Virus record (IMG/VR): IMGVR_UViG_3300018080_000066
DNA length: 38,465 nucleotides
Direction: 5' to 3' (one strand)
Source of the DNA: a virus
The translations under genes and the position numbers were made by a program. The notes under the pieces are model-generated. The model was given only the letters and a program-made list of their open reading frames with translations, had not been told where the DNA came from and searched no databases. Positions 1 through 8,813 of this stretch are shown in pieces (position 1 is the first letter of the stretch; every line of letters begins with the position of its first letter).

Positions 1-42
1 GGGATTATGAGTCCCCTGCTCTGACCGCTGAGTTAAGGGCCC
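1..42 (-). other. tRNA-Met(CAU)-like 5' half, cut by the window edge inside the anticodon stem; candidate att core
   Basis: The reverse complement reads GGGCCCT-TA-ACTC-AGCGGTCA-GAGC-A-GGGGA-CTCATAA-TCCC. This gives an acceptor strand, U8, A14, GG in the D-loop, A21 and an anticodon loop C-U-CAU-A-A. Confidence 0.7.
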
Positions 43-105
43 GCTGCTCGTAAGTGCCGCCGCCATCTAATGTTAGGAGGGGGGCCGTGCGGGCGGCGGC
101 TCGCC

Positions 106-123
106 ATCTCACGTATATCTCAC
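106..123 (+). promoter_or_regulatory. Pair of ATCTCAC heptamers 11 bp apart (candidate integrase arm-type sites)
   Basis: ATCTCAC occurs at 106-112 and 117-123. A matching TCTCAC pair with the same 11-bp spacing lies at 38243-38259, on the other side of the tRNA-like core. Confidence 0.4.
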
Positions 124-1271
124 ACATTCGGGACCGGCGCGCCGTCGATCTCGGCCATCCGAGTCACCAGATGGCGCAGGCTCCGGCCGTCATAGAAGCG
201 GTCCTGGACGCCGCGGGTGTTGCCGAAGATCGCCTCCAAAAGTTTCTCGTCCTGGACCAGGTCACGGGCGTTGGAGATGGCCGTGCGGCGGAGCTTCTGG
301 ATCGGCTGGTCCGGCTCGCCGAGGCCCACGGCCGCGAGCACCCGCCGGGCCTCGACGCAGAGGCCCCTCCTGAAATCCTTCTCGTTGCTGAAGGGGGCCT
401 CAGGCGGGCCCCACAGCAGCGGCCCTTGCCGGTCGCGGAGCCGAAAGAGGAGGCCCGCCGCGGCGTCGTCCAGGGGGAAGGCCCGCTCCCGCCGGTTCTT
501 CGGCCGCCGCCGGCCCCGGGCCCCGACGTGGACGATGCGCTCGGCCCAGTCGACATCGGCGGCCTCGAGGTTCGCCAGTTCGCCCGTCCGCGGTCCCCAC
601 TTGGCCGCCAAGTGCAGGGCGGCCGCCAGCCACGCTGGCTCCTCCGAAAGGGCCGCGAGCAGCCATCGCGTCTCGGTCAGCGTGTAGACGTCCGGCCGGT
701 AGACCATCGGCCGGCCGCCCCACCGAATGCCCTCACACGGGTTGGTCTCAAGGAGCCCCTCGCCGACGGCCCAAGAGAAGGCCGACCGCAGCGTCCGCAG
801 ATCCTTCTCGGCCGTCCGCCGGGACACCTCCTTCAGGCGGCGCAGCCGGTATTCGTTGACGGCGGCCCGGTCCACAGCCTGAAGAACCCGCGGCCGCATG
901 GACGCCTCAAACCGCGCCAGGACCTGCCGCAGCACCGCCAGGGACGCCGGGGCGAGTTCGATGGTCTTGGCGGCCAGGCACCGGCGGACGAACGCCCGCC
1001 AGGTGGTGCCGCCCTGGGCGTCGAGGCGGCAACCGTTGAGTTCGGCCATCTTGATCTCGCGAAGGGCCTCGGCCCATCGCTCGCGGCCCTGGCCGAGCGT
1101 CTCCTGGCGGACCCGACCGGTGGAGGGGTCCCGCCACCGGAGCGCCCAGGACGCCTTGCCCGGCGGGTAGCCGCGCTGCACGCGCGTCTTGCGGACACGG
1201 ATCACGGGGATCGCCTCGCCCTCGACCTCGGGGGGAGTATCCGATGGCGCGGGATGGGTGTCAAGGGTCAA
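120..1271 (-). CDS. int: Tyrosine recombinase / phage integrase
   Basis: 383-aa ORF. It shows a catalytic Arg context (GPRTGELANL), a second Arg box (QKLRRTAIS) and a C-terminal nucleophile context (GVQDRFYDG). It is adjacent to the att-like repeat. The start at 1271 is TTG; GTG at 1205 is an alternative. Confidence 0.9.
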   Translation of the reverse strand: MTLDTHPAPSDTPPEVEGEAIPVIRVRKTRVQRGYPPGKASWALRWRDPSTGRVRQETLGQGRERWAEALREIKMAELNGCRLDAQGGTTWRAFVRRCLAAKTIELAPASLAVLRQVLARFEASMRPRVLQAVDRAAVNEYRLRRLKEVSRRTAEKDLRTLRSAFSWAVGEGLLETNPCEGIRWGGRPMVYRPDVYTLTETRWLLAALSEEPAWLAAALHLAAKWGPRTGELANLEAADVDWAERIVHVGARGRRRPKNRRERAFPLDDAAAGLLFRLRDRQGPLLWGPPEAPFSNEKDFRRGLCVEARRVLAAVGLGEPDQPIQKLRRTAISNARDLVQDEKLLEAIFGNTRGVQDRFYDGRSLRHLVTRMAEIDGAPVPNV

Positions 1272-1289
1272 CGGCGACTGCCTCGGTGA

Positions 1290-1541
1290 CTAGGCGCCTG
1301 GGGCGCCGGCGGCCTTCAGCCCGCATCGTCTCGCGAGGCGGTCCAGGCGGCGGGCCTCCGCCTCGGCCCATTCGGCCCGCGCTTTCCAATGCAGTACTTC
1401 CCGCCGCCACGCGAAATCGACCATGCGGCGATGCTCGCGGATGAGCCACAAGGCCTTCTCGGAGAGGGCCTGCAGCCGGAGATATTCCTCATAGGGAATC
1501 CGGACCATCATCACATCGGGCGAGACGTTTTCGCGCGTCAT
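1290..1541 (-). CDS. Small hypothetical protein; excisionase/RDF candidate by position only
   Basis: 83-aa ORF immediately upstream of int on the same strand. No recognisable motif. It overlaps the 3' end of the methyltransferase ORF; internal Met codons at 1511/1508 are alternative starts. Confidence 0.4.
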   Translation of the reverse strand: MTRENVSPDVMMVRIPYEEYLRLQALSEKALWLIREHRRMVDFAWRREVLHWKARAEWAEAEARRLDRLARRCGLKAAGAPGA

Positions 1542-2438
1542 GGTTTGGGGTCCTCCGTTTCTTTTGGGCCTTGCGGCACATCGCCTCGAGGATGGCCCGG
1601 CCGAGGTCCACCTGGACGGCCTGGCCCACCTGTTTGGCGACGGTCGTCGGCGAGCCGAAGAAGAGGTAGTCGGCCGGGAACCCCTGGAGGCGGGCCGCCT
1701 CCTGCCATTCCATCTGCCGTTTTCCGCCTGGGAGGGTCTCGTCGAGAATCGACAGATCGGCGTCGCGGCGGCTGTTGATAGCGCCGCAGACCGTCCGGGC
1801 CTTCTCGGTGGGATCCCAGCCGTAGGTGCGGTCGGCGGTGAAAGCGGACGAGGTAGCCGGCGTCCGGTGCCAGGTTCTTCGACCGATGCGGTACGGGCCC
1901 GGGCGAAGGTGGTCGGCGAGAACCTCGCGATTGGCGCCGCGCTCCGGCGGCGGAAACTCGCCGACGAAGACCCGCCTGCGCCGCTGGGCCGAGTAGGCGG
2001 AGGCGTCGAGCACCTGGTACGGCATCAGTGGCGGCAGCTCCTTGACCAGACCGACGACGTCCTCCAGGCACCACCACCGGGGGGCGAGGACCTCGACGAT
2101 GCGCAGACAGGCGTCGAGAAGCCGGCGGCCGCGTGCCCGCTCCTCCTCGGAGACGGTGTTGGCGGGGTTCCAGCCGTTGCGGAAAACGGAAAGCCACTCG
2201 CACGGGACGCCGCCGAGGACGACGTCGACGGACCCGGCGAGAGGCCGTATCGTTTCCAGCGCCGCCCCGGTCGCCAGGTCTATCTCCACCACGGCCGTCT
2301 CCGGATGGTTGATCTTGTAAGTCATGGCGGCGTCGTGCCATCGGTCGAAGGCGTGCGTGATGCGCAGCGGCAGCCCTCGGGCGGCGCAGGCCCAGCCACC
2401 GGCGCCGCAGCACAGGTCCAGCGCCCGGAGAACGTGTG

Positions 2439-2442
<4 letters not shown>
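1489..2442 (-). CDS. DNA (cytosine-5) methyltransferase
   Basis: Motif I LDLCCGAGG, motif IV GGVPCE (Pro-Cys), ENV-like LEDV, motif VIII QRRRRVF, and motif X region GFPADY...QVGQAV. ATG 2442 is preceded by GGAGG and overlaps the upstream stop (ATGA). Confidence 0.9.
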
Positions 2443-3288
<846 letters not shown>

Positions 3289-3308
<20 letters not shown>

Positions 3309-3657
3309 GGTCGTCCTCCTTGGCGCGGGTGAGATCGAGCCGCTCTATCAGGGCCGGCCAATCGAGTTCTTCGCGCGCCTCGACCGGCGCGCCGCCGACG
3401 GCCATCAGGCGCATCACCTGCTCGCGGACGTGCGGCAGGCGGAACGCCGCACCGCCCTGCTCGGCAACGAGAGAGGCAAGCGGCGGCGTCGCCCGCATCC
3501 AGACCGCCAGGGCGCAGGTGGCACACCTGCCGTCGCTCCTGGCGGAGTGGGTCAGCGGCCGCTCGCCTTCGCGCGGCCGGCCGCCGACGACGCAGGCCCG
3601 ACCGCAGTCCGGGCAGACGACCTTAGCGCCGATGGGCAGTTCCCTCGGCGAAGTCAT
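3289..3657 (-). CDS. Hypothetical Zn-ribbon-like protein (CxxC...CxxC)
   Basis: 122-aa ORF with CPDCG and CATC pairs. The ATGA overlap with the upstream gene suggests translational coupling. Confidence 0.6.
3322..3345. repeat. 24-bp exact dispersed repeat, copy 1 (ggcgcgggtgagatcgagccgctc)
   Basis: Identical 24-mer at 4407-4430. Both copies lie in the last codons of minus-strand genes (encoding IERLDLTRA). Confidence 0.9.
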
Positions 3658-3839
3658 GCCGAATCCTTGCGGGCTTTTAAGAGTGCCCTGAACAGGGTCG
3701 GCGCTTCGTATCTCGTCTCGAAGTCGTCCAAGGTCATCTGGACGCTTGCCGAACCGTCTGGGTAGATCTCAATGTAGGCCTTCCCTTTAGCCCACTGGAG
3801 CAGGCTCCTCAAGGTCGGGCGTTTCGGTTGTTGCGTCAT
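3654..3839 (-). CDS. Small hypothetical protein (61 aa)
   Basis: Internal ATG at 3839 of the 200-aa ORF. The upstream part of that ORF is Arg/Pro/Gly junk. ATGA overlaps occur at both ends. Confidence 0.55.
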   Translation of the reverse strand: MTQQPKRPTLRSLLQWAKGKAYIEIYPDGSASVQMTLDDFETRYEAPTLFRALLKARKDSA

Positions 3840-4336
3840 GGCGAATCTCCTTCGTTCAGTTGGGGATAGATCGAACTGCCGGACCCCGGCAAGAGGGCGG
3901 GCATCCGGCCGGCGGCGACGGCCCGACGGAGCGGATCGACGAGTATCTCGGCCGTGGTCCGCCCATCGTGCCAGACGACGTAGGGCAGGAACGCCTCCTC
4001 GAACGCCAAGACCCCGTCCTCGACGCCGACCAGGAGGGCCTTGACCACCAGGTACGCGGCCCGCCATCGGCGCCGGGTCTCCTTCTCCCAGATCGCCTCC
4101 CGTTGTTTGGCCGACCGTTCGCGGCCGGTCGGCGTGAAGACGAACTCCTCGTCCGCCCGGCCCGGCAGCGGCACGGAGAACTGGACGGGCACGCCCTGGT
4201 AGACGAACTGGATGACGCCGCGCCCGGCGTGCTCGGCGCAGCCGAACCCCTCGCACCCGAACCTCCTGAGCATCTGCATGATCTGGACCTGGCTGCGGTC
4301 AGCGCTGACAGCGGTGTTCGCGGCGTAGCGAGGCAT
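3836..4336 (-). CDS. Hypothetical protein (166 aa)
   Basis: ATG at 4336 is preceded by GAAAGGAGCCTCGCC. The sequence downstream of that Met is protein-like. Confidence 0.65.
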   Translation of the reverse strand: MPRYAANTAVSADRSQVQIMQMLRRFGCEGFGCAEHAGRGVIQFVYQGVPVQFSVPLPGRADEEFVFTPTGRERSAKQREAIWEKETRRRWRAAYLVVKALLVGVEDGVLAFEEAFLPYVVWHDGRTTAEILVDPLRRAVAAGRMPALLPGSGSSIYPQLNEGDSP

Positions 4337-4349
4337 GGCGAGGCTCCTT

Positions 4350-5417
4350 TCACATCTCGAAGAGTCGCGGCTGCTCCGGGCGGAAGGACCAAGGATCCAG
4401 GTCCTCGGCGCGGGTGAGATCGAGCCGCTCGATTTCGACTTCCGCCGGGGGCGGGTCGGCTCCCGCCTCCAAGCGCGCAATCTCCGCCCTCAGCCTCCTG
4501 GCCATCGGGCTGTCGGAAGCAAATCGAAACGCCGCCAAGGACGCTCGATAATCGTCAATGGCGTCCTCCCGCGTCGGCGCAGGCGGCGTTCGGTCGATCT
4601 CGATTATCAGGCGGGGCGGGTCGGCGCGGGGGTCGACGAACCGGACGCGGCCGACTTCGATGCCTGAGTCCGTTTTGCGACGGGCCTCTGTCAGGCCCCG
4701 GCGGCGGATCTCCCGGAGGCGGGCCCGGAATGCCTCGGCGGCTTGTCGCTCGTTCCAGACGGCGGCCTCGCGGGCCAAGTGGCGGGGATAGCAGGTGACG
4801 TGCGGCGTCGCCTTCAGGTAGGCGGCCAGGAGAGCGGGCTCGGCGCCGCCCTCGCGGACGGCCTCGTGGATGCTGCCGTGGGCCTCGGCCTCGGTTACGC
4901 GGTCGTGGATGGTGCGGGCGAGGTAGGCCCGGGCGAGGAGCCGCACCCGCTCGCCGACCTCGTCAGCCTTCCGGACCACGGCGGGGAGGTCCTCCGAGTC
5001 GCCGGACATTGTGTCGCCGTTTTGCGACGGTGTAGGGTCGGGGGGGTGGGGGGTCGTCGTCTCATACGTCTCCCCCTCTCCCCTCTTTAGATCTGAACCT
5101 ATAGAGGAAGGGGCGCCGCCTACGGCGCCGCCTACGGCGCCGCCTACGGCGCCGCCTACGGCGCGGGCGTTGCGTTTCTGCGACCCTGGGGGACGGCGGC
5201 CCGGCCTGTCCGGCTCGACGCCGTCGCGAATCTCGATGAGCCATTGGGCCCACCGGCGGGCGGTCGAGAGGCCAATGCCAAGGCTCGCAGCGGCCTCCTC
5301 CAGCGTCGTCTGCGGCGCCCAGATCCGCCAAGCGGCGAGGGCGGCAGCCTGTTTGCGGCCAGCGGGCAGGCGACGGAAGAGTTTGGGGTCGAGTTTCAGA
5401 AACTGCGGCGCAGTCAT
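4350..5417 (-). CDS. HTH-domain protein with internal (AVGG)4 repeat; replication/regulatory candidate
   Basis: N-terminal HTH-like segment TLEEAAASLGIGLSTARRWAQW, then a low-complexity linker and a helical C-terminal domain. ATG 5417 overlaps the upstream stop (ATGA). Confidence 0.65.
   Translation of the reverse strand: MTAPQFLKLDPKLFRRLPAGRKQAAALAAWRIWAPQTTLEEAAASLGIGLSTARRWAQWLIEIRDGVEPDRPGRRPPGSQKRNARAVGGAVGGAVGGAVGGAPSSIGSDLKRGEGETYETTTPHPPDPTPSQNGDTMSGDSEDLPAVVRKADEVGERVRLLARAYLARTIHDRVTEAEAHGSIHEAVREGGAEPALLAAYLKATPHVTCYPRHLAREAAVWNERQAAEAFRARLREIRRRGLTEARRKTDSGIEVGRVRFVDPRADPPRLIIEIDRTPPAPTREDAIDDYRASLAAFRFASDSPMARRLRAEIARLEAGADPPPAEVEIERLDLTRAEDLDPWSFRPEQPRLFEM
4407..4430. repeat. 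24-bp exact dispersed repeat, copy 2
   Basis: Identical to 3322-3345. Confidence 0.9.
5112..5164. repeat. 12-bp tandem repeat ggcgccgcctac x4.4, in frame, encoding (AVGG)4 on the minus strand
   Basis: Four perfect units at 5112-5159 plus a 5-nt partial unit. Confidence 0.95.
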
Positions 5418-6349
5418 GCTTGGCCTTTCGAGCCTGAAGGTCCGGGAGACGAGGGGGGCGAGGGGGCGGCGAAAAGGCAAGGGGATTCCCGGTCAAAACC
5501 GTCGGGACGCAAGCCGATGGATTTCATATGCGCGAGGCTGAGCGCCGGGCGGCTCCATCGCCGGACGACCGACGCCCAAGCGTCCGGCCAGCGGCGATGG
5601 CGGCTCTCGCACGGTCCGCGGTAGAGTTGGACGAAGGGAATGGCGCCGAGAGCGGCAATCTCGCGGCAGCGGCCCTCGAGCGCCTCGGGCGAGTCGTCTT
5701 TGCGGTAGCCGGCCAGGACGAAGACCCGCTTGAACCGGATGGGCAGGTCCCCCAAGCGCTCGAGGACCGATGTCAGCGGCCGCATCGCCCCGGGCGAGTC
5801 GCAGGCGAACCAGAGGGAGTTCTGGCCGAGCCGGAGACCGCGGATCCGTGCCTCGTCCCAGGGGGTGAACCGGCGGGCCTCGAGGCCGCCCTGAAAGCGG
5901 ACGCTGCGGCGCTCGCGCCGGAGCATCGCATAGACCCGTCGGCGATGGCCCTTTGGCCCCTGGAGCAGATTGTTGTCCTGGACGATGTAACCTGGCTGGA
6001 TGGTCGGCAGCGGGCGCCACAGGCCTTCCCGCATAGAAACGAGACACCAGGGGCAGGAGTTGTCGCACCCGCGGGAGGTGTAGGTGATGCCGCGGCGGAC
6101 GTACATGCCCGGCACGAACTGCCCAGCTGTGTTGCCGACAGCGGGGCCGCCGAGGAGGACCGGCACATCCGGCAACCGCTGCCGCCAGGCCCGGTAGAGC
6201 CGCAGACCCGTCTTGCGATCCCAGGTGAACGTCACGCTGATGTGGACCTCAGTGATGCCCGGCGGGAGAAAGAGGCTGGGCGGGCCGACCACGGCATAGG
6301 CGTCGTCGGGCGTATGCGACGTTTGGCAGGGAAAGACCCGCAGGATCAT
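5414..6349 (-). CDS. Radical SAM domain protein
   Basis: CxxxCxxC cluster motif in TSRGCDNSCPWC, following a Rossmann/B12-binding-like N-terminal segment (VPVLLGGPAV). ATGA coupling at both ends. Confidence 0.75.
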   Translation of the reverse strand: MILRVFPCQTSHTPDDAYAVVGPPSLFLPPGITEVHISVTFTWDRKTGLRLYRAWRQRLPDVPVLLGGPAVGNTAGQFVPGMYVRRGITYTSRGCDNSCPWCLVSMREGLWRPLPTIQPGYIVQDNNLLQGPKGHRRRVYAMLRRERRSVRFQGGLEARRFTPWDEARIRGLRLGQNSLWFACDSPGAMRPLTSVLERLGDLPIRFKRVFVLAGYRKDDSPEALEGRCREIAALGAIPFVQLYRGPCESRHRRWPDAWASVVRRWSRPALSLAHMKSIGLRPDGFDRESPCLFAAPSPPSSPGPSGSKGQA

Positions 6350-6615
6350 GGCGGCGGTTCCTTCCACGGCACGCGGGGCACTTCCTGCCTCGCCTCCAGG
6401 CGGTCGGCCGACTCGCGGAGCGCACGAACCATGTCCTCGCGGTTGCATGAGGAGATGTATTGAGCGGCAGCCGGGTCGTTGAAAACGAGCAGGGCAAACT
6501 TCGGCGGCCCCTCACCCCCGTGCACGCGGAGAATCCTGTCCGCGTTCCAGGCCAAGGCCCGCATGAGCGCCCCGATCTCCACTTCGGTCATCTCTTCGAA
6601 GCGGCGCTCGGCCAT
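6346..6615 (-). CDS. Hypothetical protein (89 aa)
   Basis: ATG 6615 is preceded by AAGGAAAA. Balanced composition. The stop overlaps the rSAM start. Confidence 0.6.
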   Translation of the reverse strand: MAERRFEEMTEVEIGALMRALAWNADRILRVHGGEGPPKFALLVFNDPAAAQYISSCNREDMVRALRESADRLEARQEVPRVPWKEPPP

Positions 6616-6628
6616 AGGTCAGTTTTCC

Positions 6629-6898
6629 TTATCCGTCGTGGCCGGACGGGTTGAACATGGCGGAAACCGGACACCGGAAATCGGAATGCACCGGCGCCAA
6701 GTTGCCCCGGGGGACGACGACCGTCAGGAAGTCGGCCTCGTCCGAGAAGTCCAGGGCGATCTCGGCATTGATGGGGCCCGGTCCCATCGCCGCCCGACAA
6801 ACGATGCCGGTGCAGCCGTGGAGCCGGGCGAGGCGGCGGGGACCGCCCCGCCGATACCGCAGCTGCACCCGCTGCCCGGGTTTGGGATGGAAGATCAC
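6629..6898 (-). CDS. Hypothetical protein (89 aa)
   Basis: GTG 6898 is preceded by GGAGG at 7 nt and overlaps the upstream stop (GTGA). The track start at 6919 is an alternative. Confidence 0.5.
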   Translation of the reverse strand: MIFHPKPGQRVQLRYRRGGPRRLARLHGCTGIVCRAAMGPGPINAEIALDFSDEADFLTVVVPRGNLAPVHSDFRCPVSAMFNPSGHDG

Positions 6899-7170
6899 GG
6901 CGAGGCCTCCGAACCCCACGTCCTCGCTCGATGTACGTCGCCACGCCGAACAAACGCATATAGTTTTCTATGCGCCGCCGCTTTCGTTTTTCCCCCGAAC
7001 GTCTTTGTGTCGACTCCGCTCTGACGGCGGCAGCGCTCGCCGTTTGACTTCCGGTACAGGCAGATGGAACGAATCATGAGATAAACACGATGCACGCCCT
7101 CCAGTGTGGCCACATCGTTCCGATCAGTGAAAAAATTCGGATCATATTCAATCCATCGCGTCAGGATCAT
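6895..7170 (-). CDS. Hypothetical protein (91 aa) in a locally lower-GC segment
   Basis: ATG 7170 lies 7 nt after GAGGAG and 1 nt after the upstream stop. The C-terminal half is Arg-rich and less convincing. Confidence 0.45.
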   Translation of the reverse strand: MILTRWIEYDPNFFTDRNDVATLEGVHRVYLMIRSICLYRKSNGERCRRQSGVDTKTFGGKTKAAAHRKLYAFVRRGDVHRARTWGSEASP

Positions 7171-7171
7171 G

Positions 7172-7618
7172 TCATGTCTCCTCATAACCCGAAGGATTCA
7201 GGAGCAACCCCTGGCCGCGGGCGTCGGTCAGGGGCGGGGCCTCCGGCATCGCCAGGACCGCCTGGCCGCCCTGCAGCTCGCGGCGGGTCCGGCGGAGACG
7301 GCGAAGGCGGGCGAGCGGGCGATAGAGACGGGCCTCCAGATTCGCCTCGGCCGCCTTCCAGTCCTCGTCGTCGACGCAGATGAAGGCGCCGGGGCGTGGT
7401 CGGCGCGGCGTCGTGCCGACCGGCCGGCCGGCCAGCTGGAGTTCGGCGATCAGTTCGTAGACCTCGCGTTCGCTGACTCGGCACCCGGCCTCGGCGAGGG
7501 CCGCCGCGAGCCGCCGGTAGGGGACGGCCCGCCGTCGGCCCCGGGCGTGGCGGTGGAGCCAGGCGGCGAGCAGCCGGGCCTCGGTCGAAAGTTCCGGTTT
7601 GGCGGGGTCGGTCGCCAT
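7172..7618 (-). CDS. Hypothetical protein, winged-helix-like
   Basis: Internal ATG 7618 of the 312-aa ORF. Upstream of it the frame is Pro/Arg/Ala junk. The segment AVPYRRLAAALAEAGCRVSEREVYELIAELQLAGRPV looks like wHTH. Confidence 0.55.
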   Translation of the reverse strand: MATDPAKPELSTEARLLAAWLHRHARGRRRAVPYRRLAAALAEAGCRVSEREVYELIAELQLAGRPVGTTPRRPRPGAFICVDDEDWKAAEANLEARLYRPLARLRRLRRTRRELQGGQAVLAMPEAPPLTDARGQGLLLNPSGYEET

Positions 7619-7634
7619 CGCGACGAACTCCAGC

Positions 7635-8189
7635 CTATCGTGTGTCCTCGGCGTCCTCGGCTGCTTGGGCGGCGAGCGCCGTCCGGACCTTCGCCCGGTA
7701 AGCGTCTGTGCGGTCGGGGTGCTCGACGAGGCCCTGGTATCCGCCGTTGTGGATGCGGGCCAGGATCTCGGCCGGCACGGCATCGCCCACGCCTCGACGG
7801 CGGCCGTGGCCCGCCTGGATCCAGTGGACGGCGTAGTGGGCGAGGACGAGGCAGACGATGCGCCGGGCGGCGTCGGGATCGTAAACGGCCGGCTTGGCGT
7901 AGCCGTCGCGCGGGACGCCCGTCTTCGGATGAGGCGGGACGGGCAGGCGGTACTGGCGCACCAGGCGGTTTGCGTCCGCCAGATAGACAGGCCGAATCTG
8001 GTAAAGGCCGCAGGCGAGCGACCCGTCGGCCTCGCGATGGGCGGCCCAGCGGTCGCCGCCGGACTCGACCTCGGCAATGGCGGCCAGCAGGCGGTCGAGA
8101 CTTTCGACATAGCCGGGCGCCGTCGCCGCCAGGTGCGTCTCGGGAACGAGGACGGCCTGGAGGGCGGACAGGGGGATGGCGAGGTTCAT
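7635..8189 (-). CDS. Lytic transglycosylase (SLT/lysozyme-like) domain protein; endolysin candidate
   Basis: Catalytic-Glu context AIAEVESGGD followed by CGLYQI, the SLT signature. ATG 8189 is preceded by GAAAGGAGAACC. Confidence 0.8.
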   Translation of the reverse strand: MNLAIPLSALQAVLVPETHLAATAPGYVESLDRLLAAIAEVESGGDRWAAHREADGSLACGLYQIRPVYLADANRLVRQYRLPVPPHPKTGVPRDGYAKPAVYDPDAARRIVCLVLAHYAVHWIQAGHGRRRGVGDAVPAEILARIHNGGYQGLVEHPDRTDAYRAKVRTALAAQAAEDAEDTR

Positions 8190-8452
8190 CGGTTCTCCTT
8201 TCGCGGCAGAGCGCGGATGCGGCCTCGGGCGGCGCCTTGGCGGGCGGCCTCTGCCACGTGGAGGGCGTCGGCCAGGGCCACAGCGGCGGCGATGACGCCG
8301 CTTCGGGCGGGATGGCCGCCGAGTCCCGGCGCATCGCACAGGGCGTCGGCCTCCCGGGCGAGCCGCCGGATGCGGTGGTCGACGTCGGCGCGGGCCAGCC
8401 GGGGGGCAGAAAAGCGGGCGCCGGAGTCGGCGAGAGAGGCATGCCGGGTCAT
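8186..8452 (-). CDS. Hypothetical protein (88 aa)
   Basis: ORF with ATGA overlaps to both neighbours. Ala/Arg-rich, no motif. Confidence 0.45.
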   Translation of the reverse strand: MTRHASLADSGARFSAPRLARADVDHRIRRLAREADALCDAPGLGGHPARSGVIAAAVALADALHVAEAARQGAARGRIRALPRKENR

Positions 8453-8652
8453 GAGTTCGCTCCTTGCCGATACGCGAGGTCGATGCTCCAGCAGGCGACG
8501 AAGCCGGCGGCGTAACTCAGGACGACGCCCGTCAGGGCGGGCCAGGGCGCCGGGGCCGGCAGCCTGTCGATGCAGAAAAAGGCGCCGACCATCAGGCCAC
8601 AGGCAACGGACAGACCGACGAGCAGCTTGAGGACGAAAAGCAGCGGTCTCAT
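8449..8652 (-). CDS. Small membrane protein with two predicted TM helices (holin-like by size and position)
   Basis: ATG 8652 lies 7 nt after AGGAG. Hydrophobic stretches LLFVLKLLVGLSVACGLMVGAFF and LTGVVLSYAAGFVACWSI. Confidence 0.55.
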   Translation of the reverse strand: MRPLLFVLKLLVGLSVACGLMVGAFFCIDRLPAPAPWPALTGVVLSYAAGFVACWSIDLAYRQGANS

Positions 8653-8813
8653 TGCGCGGCTCCTATTTCGAGCGGTCACGCCTTGCCCGGGCGGCCTCGC
8701 GCTCGGCGGGCCGGTTTCGACAGCGGCGGTAGAGCTGCATGGCGAGGCTCCTTTCGGACAAGGGCGTGCGGGGCGCGGATTGGGGAATGGGCCCGTCGCG
8801 CCCCGCCGCCGGT

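Larger units (their letters stand above)
1..123. repeat. Left copy of the 123-bp exact direct terminal repeat (= 38343-38465)
   Basis: Base-by-base comparison by eye found positions 1-123 identical to 38343-38465 (offset 38342). Confidence 0.97.

Noticed and set aside
1-123. The terminal repeat as a physical T7-like terminal redundancy of virion DNA.
   Set aside because: The repeat lies in the integrase/att region, far from the terminase genes, and the terminase is of the lambda GpA (cos-cutting) type. An assembly overlap or att duplication explains it better. This cannot be fully excluded without end mapping.
54-1289. Long plus-strand ORF (411 aa) antisense to the integrase, with several nested ORFs.
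   Set aside because: Its Arg/Pro/Gly/Ala-dominated, low-complexity translation is typical of out-of-frame or antisense reading of high-GC DNA. The minus-strand frame carries clear tyrosine-recombinase motifs.
5112-5164. A short CRISPR-like or regulatory repeat array.
   Set aside because: It consists of contiguous 12-bp units without spacers, lies inside a coding frame (AVGG)n, and has no cas genes nearby. It is a coding microsatellite.
7106-8515. 469-aa plus-strand ORF and 330/343-aa overlapping ORFs across 7100-8630.
   Set aside because: These are Arg/Gly/Pro-rich junk translations. The same DNA encodes an SLT-domain protein and coupled small genes on the minus strand, with SD sequences and ATGA overlaps.
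8663-8740. A 25-aa Arg-rich ORF with the same extended GAAAGGAGCCTCGCC-ATG context as two real genes.
   Set aside because: The initiation context is good, but the peptide (MQLYRRCRNRPAEREAARARRDRSK) is tiny and low in complexity. It cannot be supported as a gene from sequence alone.
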